From contig BROI01000003.1 in assembly GCA_027923505.1 (NCBI GenBank), positions 868,001 through 932,000 on the forward strand: 64,000 nucleotides of DNA, read 5' to 3'. Below are positions 45,241 through 58,804 of the stretch, piece after piece. The stretch comes from Mayamaea pseudoterrestris (Eukaryota). The translations under genes were made by a program, and so were the position numbers. Each line of letters opens with the position of its first letter. The stretch's first letter is position 1. The notes under the pieces are model-generated. The model did not search any database. It had not been told where the DNA came from and was given only the letters and a program-made list of their open reading frames with translations.

Positions 45241-47493
45241 CGATTGGGATCTTGACACCCCAAGAGGTGCGACTCACGACGCGCAAGCCAGCCGACAGTG
45301 AGGAAGAGGAGAGCGTCAACGGTGACGTTGACAACGTGGCATCAGCAAACGAGCTAGCTGTCACAAAGATGACCATGGGGGAAGGAAAGAACAATAACTC
45401 GATCCGGGCGTTGCAAACCAAGGCAACGATTGATCGAGCAAGTAACGCTGGCGTATCAGCTGGCGACCCAAGAATGCGCGTTGGCGATGCTGGACTGTGA
45501 GCTTACGCTCAACGCGGCAATCATCGAGGAGATGGAGGATGGCGAGATGCTACGCGCCGCGCGCGGACGAGTTAGCGCTCGTTGGCGCAGGGATTGGCGA
45601 TGGCATTGCGCATACATCAGAGCTACAAGTAATGAAGTTCAACGAGGCAATGGCGAAGGGACCAGTCGCTGAATGGCAGAAGGCGGTTGACGACGAGCAT
45701 GATCGAATGCTCAAGTACAAATGCTTCAAAGAAATCCCACGCTCGCAGCTTCCTGAAGGAACGAAGCTGATCGACACGACATGGGCAATGAAGCAAAAGG
45801 CAAACGGAACAAAGCGAGCAAGAATGGCGGTCAGGGGATTCCAGCAGATCGAAGGAGTCCATTATGACCCCAAGTCGGTGTCGGCGCCTGTCGTGAATCT
45901 ATCGACGAAGCGCATCAGATTGGGTTTGATGTTGATGGAACGCGGGGACGCGCACATTGCGACGAGCGAGGAGCATTCTTGCAAGAGAACGAGTTCAAGG
46001 ACGAAAAAATTAAGATACCACAAGGAATTCGAAAAAGTTATCAAGCAGACAGCGTGTTGCAGCTGTTGGCGCCAGTGTACGGATTTGATACAAGCGGCGA
46101 TGTGTTTCTATTTGGTGTTGGTCAGAGCGTTCGACAACCAAGGATACGGAAGGAGCAAGGCCGATCCATGCCTCTATTATCAATGGGGCGAACAAGGATT
46201 ACATCTTTGGGGAGTCATACGGATGACTGCTTGTCGGCCGGAAAGGATATCATCACAGCGAAGAACAAGTTCATGAGCGAACTCGACTGCGAGGACATTG
46301 GCGAGTTGAAAGAGCACATCGGCTGCAAGATCGATATCAACAAGGAAGAAGGATGGTTGAAGATAACTCAACCAGTCGCAATTCAAAGACTCAAAGACGA
46401 GTTCAATATACCCGACGAGCTCGATGAGGAGAGGCTTCCGGCGTCACCGGGAAGCAAGTTAAAGAGCGGCGAAACAATCGTTGGAGCGCAGGAGCATCAC
46501 GAGTTTCGCAGCGGCGTTGGCATTGTTCAATGGATTAAAAGAGGCTCGAGACCAGAGATAAGCAACGCTGTTAGAGACGTTGCAAGGCGTCTACAAGGAC
46601 CAACGGAAGCGCATGTGAAAGCGAACCATCGAATCATGCGCTACTTAACGAGGACTCCGGAGCGTGGACTCGTCCTCAAGCCATCGAGGCAATGGGATGG
46701 CACACCAAGCTTTAAGTTCAGATTGAAAGTGATTACGGACTCATCATACGCGTCGGATCCAGACACAAGAAGGAGTCCAGGAGGCTACAGCACGTTTCTA
46801 GAGGACGCGCCAATCGTTCAATGCTCAAAGATGCAAGACTTTGTCACGCTGTCGCCCACGGAGGCGGAGTTAGTGGAGATGACGAACGGAGCGCGCGAGC
46901 TGTTAAGCCACAAGCGATTACTGGAGTCGATTGGATTACAAGTCGAGCTCCCAATGAAAGTTATAGGAGACAACAAGGGCGCGTTTGATCTAACGAACAA
47001 TTGGTCGACGGCCGGCAAGACGCGTCATATTGACGTGCGATATTATTTCCTTCGAGAGTTGAAGGAGAAAAAGATTATAGACATTGAATGGATTGGAACC
47101 GACGACAATTGCGCCGATATCTTTACAAAGAATCTGGGCGTGAAGGCGTTTAACAAGCACGCAAAGGTGTTCGTCGGCAACGATGAGTACTTTGAAGATT
47201 AAGTACATCGGATCAGAGGAGAGTGCTGAGAATCGGTGATTAAACAGGTGATCCTCAGTACTATGGCCTACATCCCAGGGCATTGGTAAAGATGCGGGAT
47301 CGACTGGCTGCGTTGCAATGAACAGGACAGTTAGCTATAGAGACTCGGAGACACTCTTGGAGAGGCCAAGATTCCAAGAGCTACGACGGTCGCTTAGGAT
47401 AGAATAAGCTCACTCTTTTATAGCGGATCTTTTGCAAGCGAATAGGAGAGGTTTATATCGTAAATTACAAGTACATTTGGAGCAATCTCAGCA
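45235..47493 (+). mobile_element. 5'-truncated, frameshifted Ty1/Copia LTR retrotransposon (RT, RNase H, PPT, 3' LTR)
   Basis: KRARMAVRGFQQ, SAPVV, SKADPCLYY, HTDD, DSSYA, SPTEAE, KTRHIDVRYYFLRE, ADIFTK split over two frames; purine tract AGAGGAGAG before the LTR. Confidence 0.93.
47224..47493 (+). repeat. Copia 3' LTR (270 bp)
   Basis: Starts TG right after the PPT, ends CA; 8-bp terminal inverted repeat TGCTGAGA...TCTCAGCA. Confidence 0.88.
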
Positions 47494-47620
47494 AACATGG
47501 CTGCCCTCCGTTTTTCCAAGCGCTTCGAGATGATGTCAGCTCCCAGATGGTCGTGTGATGGATGATCGACCAGCAGCGCACATCTGATCGTGATTTACGT
47601 TGAGAAGATCAGCCGATAGC

Positions 47621-48040
47621 ATGATTCAATCCCCCTTCATCATCCTTCTTTCCGCTCTGTTTGTATGTACATATTCTTTCACATCGCAACCATGCTTTGC
47701 CTCGCGGACAAGGCAACTACAAATACCCAACTATTCACATGCTTCATTCACACGATCAATGTCAGAACAAAAGCAACAAGAAGGCATTATTGAGCTTGAC
47801 GACGAAGTAGAGAGCACACCCGACACCAAGACAGACGCGGCGACTCCAGGAGCAGTCCCATTCTTATCACAAGGCGAGATTCTACCCGAGTCACTCAATC
47901 CAGATTTGTCCGATCCCAAACAAGCGAGAGTTATAATCTACATCATTTTGTCACTGCTTCCCGTTTTGTTTTTGATACCATTCATGCTTGGGTCGCGAGA
48001 TTTGATACCGCTGGAGGATCTGCCACCAGTGCAAATGTAA
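47621..48040 (+). CDS. Hypothetical plastid-targeted single-TM protein, copy 2
   Basis: One amino-acid difference (R/P) from copy 1. Confidence 0.7.
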   Translation: MIQSPFIILLSALFVCTYSFTSQPCFASRTRQLQIPNYSHASFTRSMSEQKQQEGIIELDDEVESTPDTKTDAATPGAVPFLSQGEILPESLNPDLSDPKQARVIIYIILSLLPVLFLIPFMLGSRDLIPLEDLPPVQM

Positions 48041-48224
48041 ACTGATGGATTGAACAACTATTGATAGGGACAACGACGCGCATGCTATTGGTAAAAGTAA
48101 AACTTATCTTTATTAATTTCATCAAGTTTAGATACTTCTGTAGGATGCGACTTCTTCTAGTCGTTTGCCTCGCCCATCGTCACGACCCAACTCTGACATT
48201 CACCCTCGGCCAACCGTCGGCAAG

Positions 48225-48473
48225 CTAATTGTCGCCCTTGACCTTCTTCAAAGCATCCTCAAACTTTTCATCCTTCTCGGCAGCATCAAACATGCTAAAC
48301 ATTTCTCCCAAGTCAAGGTCAAGTCCGCCTTCATCGTCGTCGCTTGGCGCTGGTTCAGAAAACAGTCGCATTGATATACGCGCACTACCAGTAGCCGGCA
48401 AAGGTACCACCGTGAACGCCGAAGCGCTTGATACGAGCATTGTCAATACGACTACTACACTAGTGGACTTCAT
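48225..48473 (-). CDS. Small hypothetical plastid protein, copy 2
   Basis: Two amino-acid differences from copy 1, both in the presequence. Confidence 0.7.
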   Translation of the reverse strand: MKSTSVVVVLTMLVSSASAFTVVPLPATGSARISMRLFSEPAPSDDDEGGLDLDLGEMFSMFDAAEKDEKFEDALKKVKGDN

Positions 48474-48733
48474 TGTACTGGTCTTGTGGTAGTGGTGATA
48501 AGGTTCCTGTTGACTGTGAGTTGGGTGAGTGATGGGTGATGGGACGTGAGCCTGACGAGTCACTGCGCGCCCCGCGGCGCTTCAACTTCTGCGTCATGCA
48601 TGTCGCAGCGACACAAGACATCATGACTGTCACAAATGGTACAAGTACGTAGTAGTGCTTGTCGTTGTGCTAACCTTTGCTCGCAAAAAGGTACCTTTAG
48701 AATTTAATTATATGCATTATGTAATAAAGGCGC

Positions 48734-49756
48734 CTACTTGGCATTCGCAGCCAGCGATCGCCACCGGTTCACATCGAATGGTTTTCCAATGGCGTTTGTT
48801 TCAAGCATGCGCCCCGTACGCCCATCCAAAACGGCTAGCTGAGGAATCCCTTTGACCTGTAGGAAACCCATCAGCTGCTCTCGTGTATCATCTTCAAACT
48901 CAACTGCTAACCATGGCATGCTCTTGTAGTAGTCACGAAACGACGACTCATTATGGTCGGCCGACAGAAAGACCACTTCAATTGTCTTGCTAGCTCCCAG
49001 CGAGTTGTACCAATTCACTAGCATGGGAGTGGCTTGTCGACAAGGGCCGCACCAATGTGCCGACGCGTACAATAGCACAAACTCTTTACCGCCTAAGGCG
49101 TCGGCAAGAGAAACGTGCGTTTCGCCTCGAAGCAAACTGCCTTTTTCAAGCGAGTTGAACAAGTTCTTGAGGCCTTGCGACAGCCCCAAGGCTACCACAG
49201 GTTCTGATGGCAGCGAGAATGGAAACTCAACGCCATTTAGTGCAATAGGTCGCACGCGAAATTGATAACCCTGCGTGGATGTCAGGTTCTTCTTTCGGAC
49301 CTCCGTTCCCGAAACCGACGCCGCAATCGTTTTCCACGGCTCACCGCCAACATTTTCTCGCATTTGAAGCTCGTAGGCCGTAAGATTTGCAGCTGCACTC
49401 CATTGAACCTGCAAGGCTTGGTTGCTTCCTCCAAGCGTCACGACAGGGCTGGGCAACCGTTTCAATTCGTCCTCGTCCGAGAGCAAATGAAAAGGCTCGG
49501 AATGAGTCACCCATGAAGCATCGTCATCTTTACTGCTTGCAGACTTTGCTCTAAAGATATATCCAACTTTGTTGTCGTCCTTCAAATGTTTCTTCCGAGC
49601 TTGTGTCGTTGTTAAACCATCAGAGAGTGTTTGGAAGGCTGACTCGTCTTGGTCGGCTCTGCGATACTGCAGAACGTACTTTGTCGTGCCATCTAATGGT
49701 CCCGGCCACGAAATGGTAATAGAGTCATTGGTGGCATCAATCAAAGTCAAACTCAT
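48734..49756 (-). CDS. FN3-FN3-nucleoredoxin protein, copy 2 (native start MSLTLID)
   Basis: Two FN3 repeats plus WCGPCRQATP thioredoxin-like domain. Confidence 0.85.
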   Translation of the reverse strand: MSLTLIDATNDSITISWPGPLDGTTKYVLQYRRADQDESAFQTLSDGLTTTQARKKHLKDDNKVGYIFRAKSASSKDDDASWVTHSEPFHLLSDEDELKRLPSPVVTLGGSNQALQVQWSAAANLTAYELQMRENVGGEPWKTIAASVSGTEVRKKNLTSTQGYQFRVRPIALNGVEFPFSLPSEPVVALGLSQGLKNLFNSLEKGSLLRGETHVSLADALGGKEFVLLYASAHWCGPCRQATPMLVNWYNSLGASKTIEVVFLSADHNESSFRDYYKSMPWLAVEFEDDTREQLMGFLQVKGIPQLAVLDGRTGRMLETNAIGKPFDVNRWRSLAANAK

Positions 49757-50080
49757 GATGACACAACGTAGATAATGACAATGCAATGCAAGTAATTGCA
49801 AATTGCAGCGAATGCGCAATGCGATGAGCGAAGGCGCCCGATGTTCTTCGAACAAGGGCTACTATAGCCTCTTTTGGCGTCCGTTCGGCGGCCGTTTCTT
49901 ACTCATGCGTTCGTTAAAAATTTCGCAGAATAAGGTCGAACTGTACTCGTTGCGTGCCACGCTCCCATTTACAAACGCCGCGAAGTAACAAGTGTCATGA
50001 CCGGCCAACGAGATTTTTGGGAAGTCGTCACAAATCGACCGCGAGTCACACCCACACCGACCTTTCTTCTCCTATACCAA

Positions 50081-50356
50081 ATGGCCAGCAACCTTATCGA
50101 GAGCGCGCAAGAAACCGCGACAGCCGCTCCCTCCATCATTATCAATCCTCGCAAGCGCAGCCCGAGCTGGGGCTCGCAGCCGCTTGAGCCAGTTCCGGCT
50201 ATTGCTTTGCGCGGACACCGTCACTCTGTGTCGTTGTCAAATTGCTCTGATGTCCGCGAGATTTACGGCGAATGTCTAGCGACACACAATTCTGATCAAC
50301 TATGCAAGACGGCTGTAAGCTACTTTAGCGTCTGCTCAAGCCTTGGGCGCGAGTAA
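50081..50356 (+). CDS. Small twin-CX9C (CHCH-like) protein
   Basis: C-terminal CSDVREIYGEC-LATHNSDQL-CKTAVSYFSVC; ATG at 50081. Confidence 0.55.
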   Translation: MASNLIESAQETATAAPSIIINPRKRSPSWGSQPLEPVPAIALRGHRHSVSLSNCSDVREIYGECLATHNSDQLCKTAVSYFSVCSSLGRE

Positions 50357-50842
50357 TGAAGCAAGAGTTCCGGTCGTGACACCTCCATGGTCGAGTTCCG
50401 AACGCATACCCGCACTTTTGGTTGCCGAAGGCTTTTTGCGACTGGGACTGCTCCCGTTACTTGCCTCCTTCTTTTTTGTAAAAATGATAGCATAACATTC
50501 TCTTATAAGAATCAATTTGTAACTTGAAAACGTTGCTTTTCGTCGTAATTTCTCTTGTCCGTCATAGTGACGCGCCGGAACTTCGCTTCAAGTTCGACTT
50601 GTCGTGAAATGTCGTAACGCGACTGAATTGTTGCTCCTCGCCGCGCATCATTATTGCACGGTCGAAAAAGTTTTTGCTTGGCCATAGAATAAAGAGCTTC
50701 TTTCCATTGTCTACCCTCTATTTACACTGTGTAAGCGGTTGGTTAGTCTGAAAGGAACGAAAGTAAATTGCAACAAAGTAAGAAACGTGCGGAGTCACTC
50801 CTAGTGGCTGTCGCTCACCGAAAGAGGACATTTTCGCTCAGC

Positions 50843-53800
50843 ATGGAGGACGACGCAGAAATGTCTGACCTTGCCACCATTTCCGTGGCCTTGCGGGCCG
50901 CCAATGTAAGTGACAAAAAAGTTTAGCAAAATTTGTGGATATGTCATGCGTGGAGCCGGTCAAGATACATCAAGAAAATAGACAAAGACGACGTGATGGC
51001 TTGATGAGCAAATCTTCCGTACGCACACTCGCTTGTGATTCTAAACATTTTATTAACAATTTGCGCGTCACAGGACGAAGACACGAGGCAGGCCTTGAAT
51101 GTTCAGTCTTTAAGAATCAATGTCGAGGCATTTGTTTGGTACGTCGTTCCGTCGGCCTGGATGAGGAAGGCCGTGTCGTTTTTACTTGCTGTGAATCCGC
51201 AAGCTCAGCCCCCAGCAACTTGGCGACAAGACTTGGCCATTGAAAATAAGCACCTAGTTGCGGGAGTCAATTTACCTCATTCAGGAACGAATGGCGACCA
51301 GCGGCAGCAGTTTGAGCAAAAGAATGCACTACTTTCGGAGCTAAAGCATAAGAACAAACAGGAACAACAATCAGCATCCTTGCGGCTCAAGTCGAACAGC
51401 GTCCATGGACGAGATTTCGTGCTCTTGGGACCAAGCGCATGGCTTCTATGTCGAAAAAAGTTTGGATTTGACTATGAGGTAGCTTGTCCGACGCTGGTAA
51501 GTCGAAGCGATCCTCGCCAGCAACTCGTTGTCAGCGTGCCATTGGCGGGCGACGAAGTTATTAAAATACCATTTCCAACGACGGGACGATTTCCAGTTGA
51601 AGCTTTGGTGAAAACGAATGGCGATCAAGGTGTTGACGAAATGGAAACAAGCGTTGTTCATCCCGGAAATGTGTCGGATGACGAGGGAGATGATTTGGTA
51701 CGTTTGTACGGTGGTTTTATTCAATGCTTTAACTCTCGATGTATGACGCTAACTTACTATGGATTCGCAATATCGCCACAAGGTTCCGCTTATTGTGTCG
51801 GATGACATGGCTAATCCGCAAGATGTTGATAGTGGTACGGTGTTTCTCTTGCCACCGTCGACGACGTCAACATCCCCGTTGTCGTTTGGTGACAACATGC
51901 AGGGCGACGACGACGGCTTACTCGGTAGCGATATAGTCCGACGCAAGCCGTATGGATCGGGTCTAGGGAATCTTGGTAACACTTGTTTCATGGTACGTGT
52001 TAAGTTGGAACTGATACGGGTTTGGTACTTTGTCGCAGCCCTGCTCACACTCTCGTCACATCTTTTTCTCGAAACAGAATTCGACACTGCAATGCCTCGC
52101 ACACACAGATCCTCTCCGTAAATACTTTCTGTCCGGCGAGTATGTAAATGATTTAAACCGTGACAATCCACTGGGAACTCACGGTGAGCTAGCTGTGCAA
52201 TTCGCGTCCTTGCTAGGCGAAATGTGGGCTGACACTGGACGAGCAAGTAGCACCGACCAAAACTCAAGGTATTGGAGTGGTTCAGCGGTGTATCCACGCG
52301 TCTTTAAACAGACTCTTGGTCGATATACGCAGCAATTTGCTGGCTATGACCAGCATGACTCTCAGGAGCTTGCTGTTTACTTGTTGGACAAGCTTCATGA
52401 GGACACGAATCGAATCACCGTCAAGCCGTACGTAGAGACGCCTGAACTGGAAGTGGCTGAATCCGATGAACACGCCGCAAAAAAGGCATGGGAGCTCCAT
52501 TTGAAGCGCGATGACAGCAAGGTCCTCTCATTCTTTATGGGTCAAGTGAAGAGCCGCGTACAATGCTGCAAACCTGAATGCGGTCGAGTGTCAACTACCT
52601 TTGACCCCTTCATGTTTCTTTCTGTGCCGATTCCTGGAACGTCTGAGAGAACGCTTGCCCTGACTTTTGTGCCGCTTGACCCAAGTGCCCTTCCATGTGC
52701 GTTACAGATTACGGTGAGCAAGATGGCAACAATCAAGGACGTTCTGAATAAAATGGTGACGGACTTGAAGACTCAGTCTGTCATCAATTCGGACGACTCC
52801 CTACCATTGGAAGATTTATGCGCGGTTGATGTTTTCAAAGGTAATATTTACAAATGGTACACGGAGGTCGATCACGTCGATCAAATAGGCGTAAATGACA
52901 TTACGTTTGTTTACCAACTTTCAAGCTTGGCGGAGGTTCGGGCAAATGCGGTCCAGAGCGCCATTCACGAAATCGATATTTCGCATCTTGGACTGCATGA
53001 ATGGGGATTAGAAATCCGACGCTTTTTCCTTGATGTGTCGACGCGAGAGAAATTGGAATTTGGTGATGCTTGGAAAAATCAATTTGAACGATACTTGTGC
53101 TCGAATGTTTTGTTAGGTTTCCAACGGGCGTTCAATCCATCGAGAGGCGAATCGAAGGCTCGTGCTGATTGGTATAACAAGACGCACACATTTCTTTCGC
53201 GCAGCTACAAAGCCATGGCGTCGGATGGTGTCATTGGACCAGACACTTCTGACGCTAGCCTTTCCCCGGTCATCGATGAGCAACCTTTAGATCTACTCGA
53301 AGATGCGAGCAATTTGTCAACAACTTTTAAAAACGCTCATTGCCGGTTTGATATCGCGGTCCTTGACTTTTGTTTAGACAAGATGCGAGCAGAAATCGTG
53401 CGGCTCGAACGGCCAGTGACATGTGCATCACCCGATGGTGCGCTCATTCAGATCCGAATGTCGAAATCGGGTCACTCAAAGACGACGGATATTACTATGC
53501 CGCTTGTGCTACGCTGTCCCTCGGACGCGACAGTTTTTAATTTGCGTGAAAGCCTTGGTAAGCGGCTCATCCGTTGCCTTCGAATAGATAGTTCATTTGA
53601 TGTCAACGAGCCAACGTCGGACAGCAATTATAAATCAAACAGCGACTTTGAGCCGTCCAAAGACTTCGGATCACCTGGGCTTTTTATCCTTCGCCAAGTA
53701 CCGCTTAAGTATGAACGCAAGTCTTCGATGAGCTCAAATTATTTGCTGAAACCGCTTGGTTGCGTTGAAAGCCCGTCTTGGAGTGAGACGCCTGTTGTCT

Positions 53801-54720
53801 CTGTCGCAAAAGTAAGCGATACTGCAGAGAAGGCCTTTGTTGCCGGAGTAGTAGGCGACCAAGGGTCTGTGGTCTTGGAATGGCCGTCGGGATTACTTGA
53901 GAAGCATTTCAATATGATGGAGTACGAGACCGTCAACAAACAGCCTGAAGCAGCGGATATTAATACAGCCAGTGGGCCCAAGCATACTACTATTCTCGAT
54001 TGCATAGAGAGGTTCGGTCGGATGGAACAGCTTGAGGAGTCGGAAATGTGGTTCTGCAATCGTTGTCACGAACACGTACAGGCTTGGAAGAGCGTTGCCA
54101 CGTATGCTGCTCCCCCAATCCTCATCATTCACCTCAAGCGCTTTCACTACTCAGCTACGACACATCGAAGAGACAAAATTGGAGTTTTTATTGATTTTCC
54201 ATTAGAAGGCTTGGATTTGAAAGAGCACGTTCTTCATTGGAAAGTGAACGAGGAACCTATATACGATTGCTACGCTGTCAGCAACCATTTTGGGGGACTT
54301 GGCGGAGGACATTATACCGCGTATTGTTTAAATGATGATGGGTCGTGGGCGTACTATGACGATAGTCGTATTACTACGAATGTCGACCCACAAGAGGTCG
54401 TTTCAGCTGCTGCCTATTGTTTGTATTACCGTCGCCGCGATGTAATGCTGGGCGAAGATTATCCGATTACCTTGCAGACGCCCAGTCTGCATAAACCTGT
54501 TGTAATATCTGATACATTGAACAGTCACGACAGCGCTCGTGACGATCAAGCGGAAGTATCAAGTACTACAGCGGCAATGATTGACGACGAAGAAGGAATG
54601 GAGCTGGACGTTCCTGACAACGGCAGCCGCTGTACGTCTCCTATGGAATCCGTCGAAGAAAATATGGACCAGGAGCCGCTCGAAGAACGTGACGAAGGCT
54701 ATTTCCCGCTTCCACAGTAA
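50843..54720 (+). CDS. Ubiquitin-specific protease (USP4/11/15-like, with DUSP), 4 exons
   Basis: Cys box GLGNLGNTCFM|NSTLQCL, QHDSQE, His box NHFGGLGGGHYTAY; introns 50906-51073, 51698-51782, 51993-52077. Confidence 0.92.
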
Positions 54721-54843
54721 GGCGATGGACGCTATAATTTGTATTTAGAATGAAATAGACTCATACAACACTTGCCATACCAATTAATCATTTAAGTAGA
54801 GCACCATCTTCATGGTCCCGTGGTGACAGGATCACGATCGTTG

Positions 54844-56469
<1,626 letters not shown>

Positions 56470-56504
56470 TCACTTCCTCAATCAAGAAGCTGCAAATTTA
56501 TAGA

Positions 56505-57528
56505 ATGAGGCAACTAAGACTGATAGTGCTGCCAGCCGTAATCGTCATGGTCGCGACATCACTCTCGATCGACAAGATTCCATTGCAGCCGTGCAGGACT
56601 TCTGCATTGCAGGTCGACTCGCATCCATTATCCATGCACAACAACAACAAAAAGCGGGAAACAATACACACTGTGACGAGGAGAAATATGCTGACTATTA
56701 CAGGCACCCTATCAGCCATGCTCATTCGCCAAATAGCCAATGCCGCCGATAACAATGCACCAAAAGTCCTTGCCACCAAGAATAAGCGAGTTGGCGGACT
56801 AGCCGATAAGATTCGAGGCATCGGATACATCATGGTACGTAAGCAACAGAAACGAGCGAAAGTTGTCAAACCAAAGTTTTCACATAATTTCATTTTTTTG
56901 TCAAACATAGGACGAACTGCAGCGCGACTTGATGCAAGAGCGATGGGCCGACGTTGAAACCTATCCGCAGCAACTTCGGAGCTACGTTCCTTTACTGACC
57001 ACTTATACTGATTCTGCATTTCCGTCAGACGCTCCAACTGATAAGGGATTGCGAGTGGCACTCAGATATGAAGTTGGTCGCTTTTTTGCATCACTGGAGC
57101 GATTCAAGCAAGCAACCTCGCGACAAGCTTTGGACGAGGCCTACGTGGCATACTCGGACATGGCACTCCACTTTGATCGCTATCTGCGTGTCGGTGGGCT
57201 ATATAGCTATTATGACTCGACGATTGATTTGGAGCGATACTATCAAGACATTGATGACAAGGCATTGGTGTATGCGAATCCCAAAAAGGATCCACCTCTT
57301 GTACGCGACTTGATTATTTTGATCAAAGGACCCGACAAGGGACGGACAGGGATCATGATTGGCAAATACGCGGATGGTAGTGGCAAAATCGCCATTAAAC
57401 TGGATCGATTCAAGGGCATTCGTGAGATTCGGTTGGTGCCAGAAGCTTGGGTAGCAAAACGTTTGGGGGAGCAGGAACCAGATGATGTCTTCTTGATCCC
57501 AAGGAAACCAGAAAAGGCTACTAGTTAG
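56505..57528 (+). CDS. Putative thylakoid-lumen PsbQ-like protein with C-terminal KOW-like motif, 2 exons
   Basis: Signal peptide, Tat-like TRRNML, ANA-AD site; intron 56835-56910; helical domain; DLIILIKGPDKGRTGIMI. Confidence 0.55.
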
Positions 57529-57580
57529 AACGCTAACTTATCCACCAGTAAGAAAATAATAGAGCTTGCTACTTTAGACG

Positions 57581-58570
57581 CTACTTGGAATTATGTGGAC
57601 CATAAGCATTGGAGTCGCTGCCACGCAGCCTTGGGAATTCCATTGTTGATTCCTTGACAATCATCCCTTGTGACCGTGTCATGAGCGCCAGAGTGGATAG
57701 ACGGAGCCACATGCGTCGCTCCACAATTTCAAAGAGAGGATAATCCCGTTGCACATACATCCATTCAACGCGTAACATGCGCGAACCATTCTCCCATGTT
57801 TCTGTCAAGATTGCTAGCGCCCCAAGGGTTATTGTTGGTTCGGCGGACGGGGACGAACGAGCTTCTGGATTGGTCAGTGGTTGCTTGTCATCATCGTTGT
57901 CCAGATTCTCGACTGCTGCATCAGTGTGCTCATGAATGTCGGCAATCAATGCGTACGCCGAGGGCGGAATGTCTTCGTTTCCGAATGCATCTGCCAGCCA
58001 TACCTCCAAATCATCCGCTGCAGGGGCTGTAGCACCGTCATCTTTTCGTTGTACTTTAGTGTATGTCTTGTCACTCGCTTTGGTGGGCGACTTTCCAGCT
58101 GTCGGTCGTTCCGGAACACTTGGTTCAGTGTCGGCGCGTTGACTCATTCGATAGAGTTCCGCAATAGCGGAAGCGTCGCCTCCATGACCCATTCGAAAAT
58201 GGAGACTTGAAGTCGGCGTCAGACATTCAATTACGTCTTGCATTTTAGAGTCGTCGTCGGGCAGCTCCTGCGTCGTCGTGCATGGCGATGATCCGACGCG
58301 AACCAGTCGATGCAACGCACTCTCCAGATTCCAACATCGCAACCGCTTCTCCAGACGCGCCGATACCGTCACAATGCTTTCTGTGTCTTTTTCGGCATCT
58401 TCTTCTGCTAATGTACCAATCTCCTGTGACTGTACTTGTTGCATTGAATCATTATCGGCATCGTCACGTTGAGGAAGAACGGATCGCATCTTTTTTGGAG
58501 GCAGAATCGTCTCATCCTTGTTGACTTCCGAGTCTCTCTTCTTGCGTGCTTCGTCCTTTGCGTTTTCCAT
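57581..58570 (-). CDS. Hypothetical protein, possible degenerate GNAT fold
   Basis: Long ORF; FRMGHGGDASAIAELY and LRVEWMYV resemble GNAT strands. Confidence 0.45.
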   Translation of the reverse strand: MENAKDEARKKRDSEVNKDETILPPKKMRSVLPQRDDADNDSMQQVQSQEIGTLAEEDAEKDTESIVTVSARLEKRLRCWNLESALHRLVRVGSSPCTTTQELPDDDSKMQDVIECLTPTSSLHFRMGHGGDASAIAELYRMSQRADTEPSVPERPTAGKSPTKASDKTYTKVQRKDDGATAPAADDLEVWLADAFGNEDIPPSAYALIADIHEHTDAAVENLDNDDDKQPLTNPEARSSPSAEPTITLGALAILTETWENGSRMLRVEWMYVQRDYPLFEIVERRMWLRLSTLALMTRSQGMIVKESTMEFPRLRGSDSNAYGPHNSK

Positions 58571-58804
58571 ACTTTGAAGCAGAAGTTGCACTATGTTTAG
58601 CTCGCGTCTAAGCTTCTGGCCAAGTTCATTTATTTGTCTCACAACAGATGATGCGAGAGAAAAGTGTGACATGGACAATGGATACCGGTAAGACTATCTT
58701 ATAACGCTACGACCTCGACACAGCGTGACATCTCTCATCTTCGTCAACCATGAGATTATGATGCTTGCGATCGGCACACGGTCAACTCCTTTTCCATTGA
58801 GGCC

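Larger units (their letters stand above)
47494..49744. repeat. Segmental tandem duplication, copy 2
   Basis: Begins at the first base after the LTR; collinear with 43008-45234. Confidence 0.95.

Noticed and set aside
45497..47202. Programmed frameshift in Copia pol
   Set aside because: RT motifs alternate between frames at least three times, which fits decay or sequencing indels
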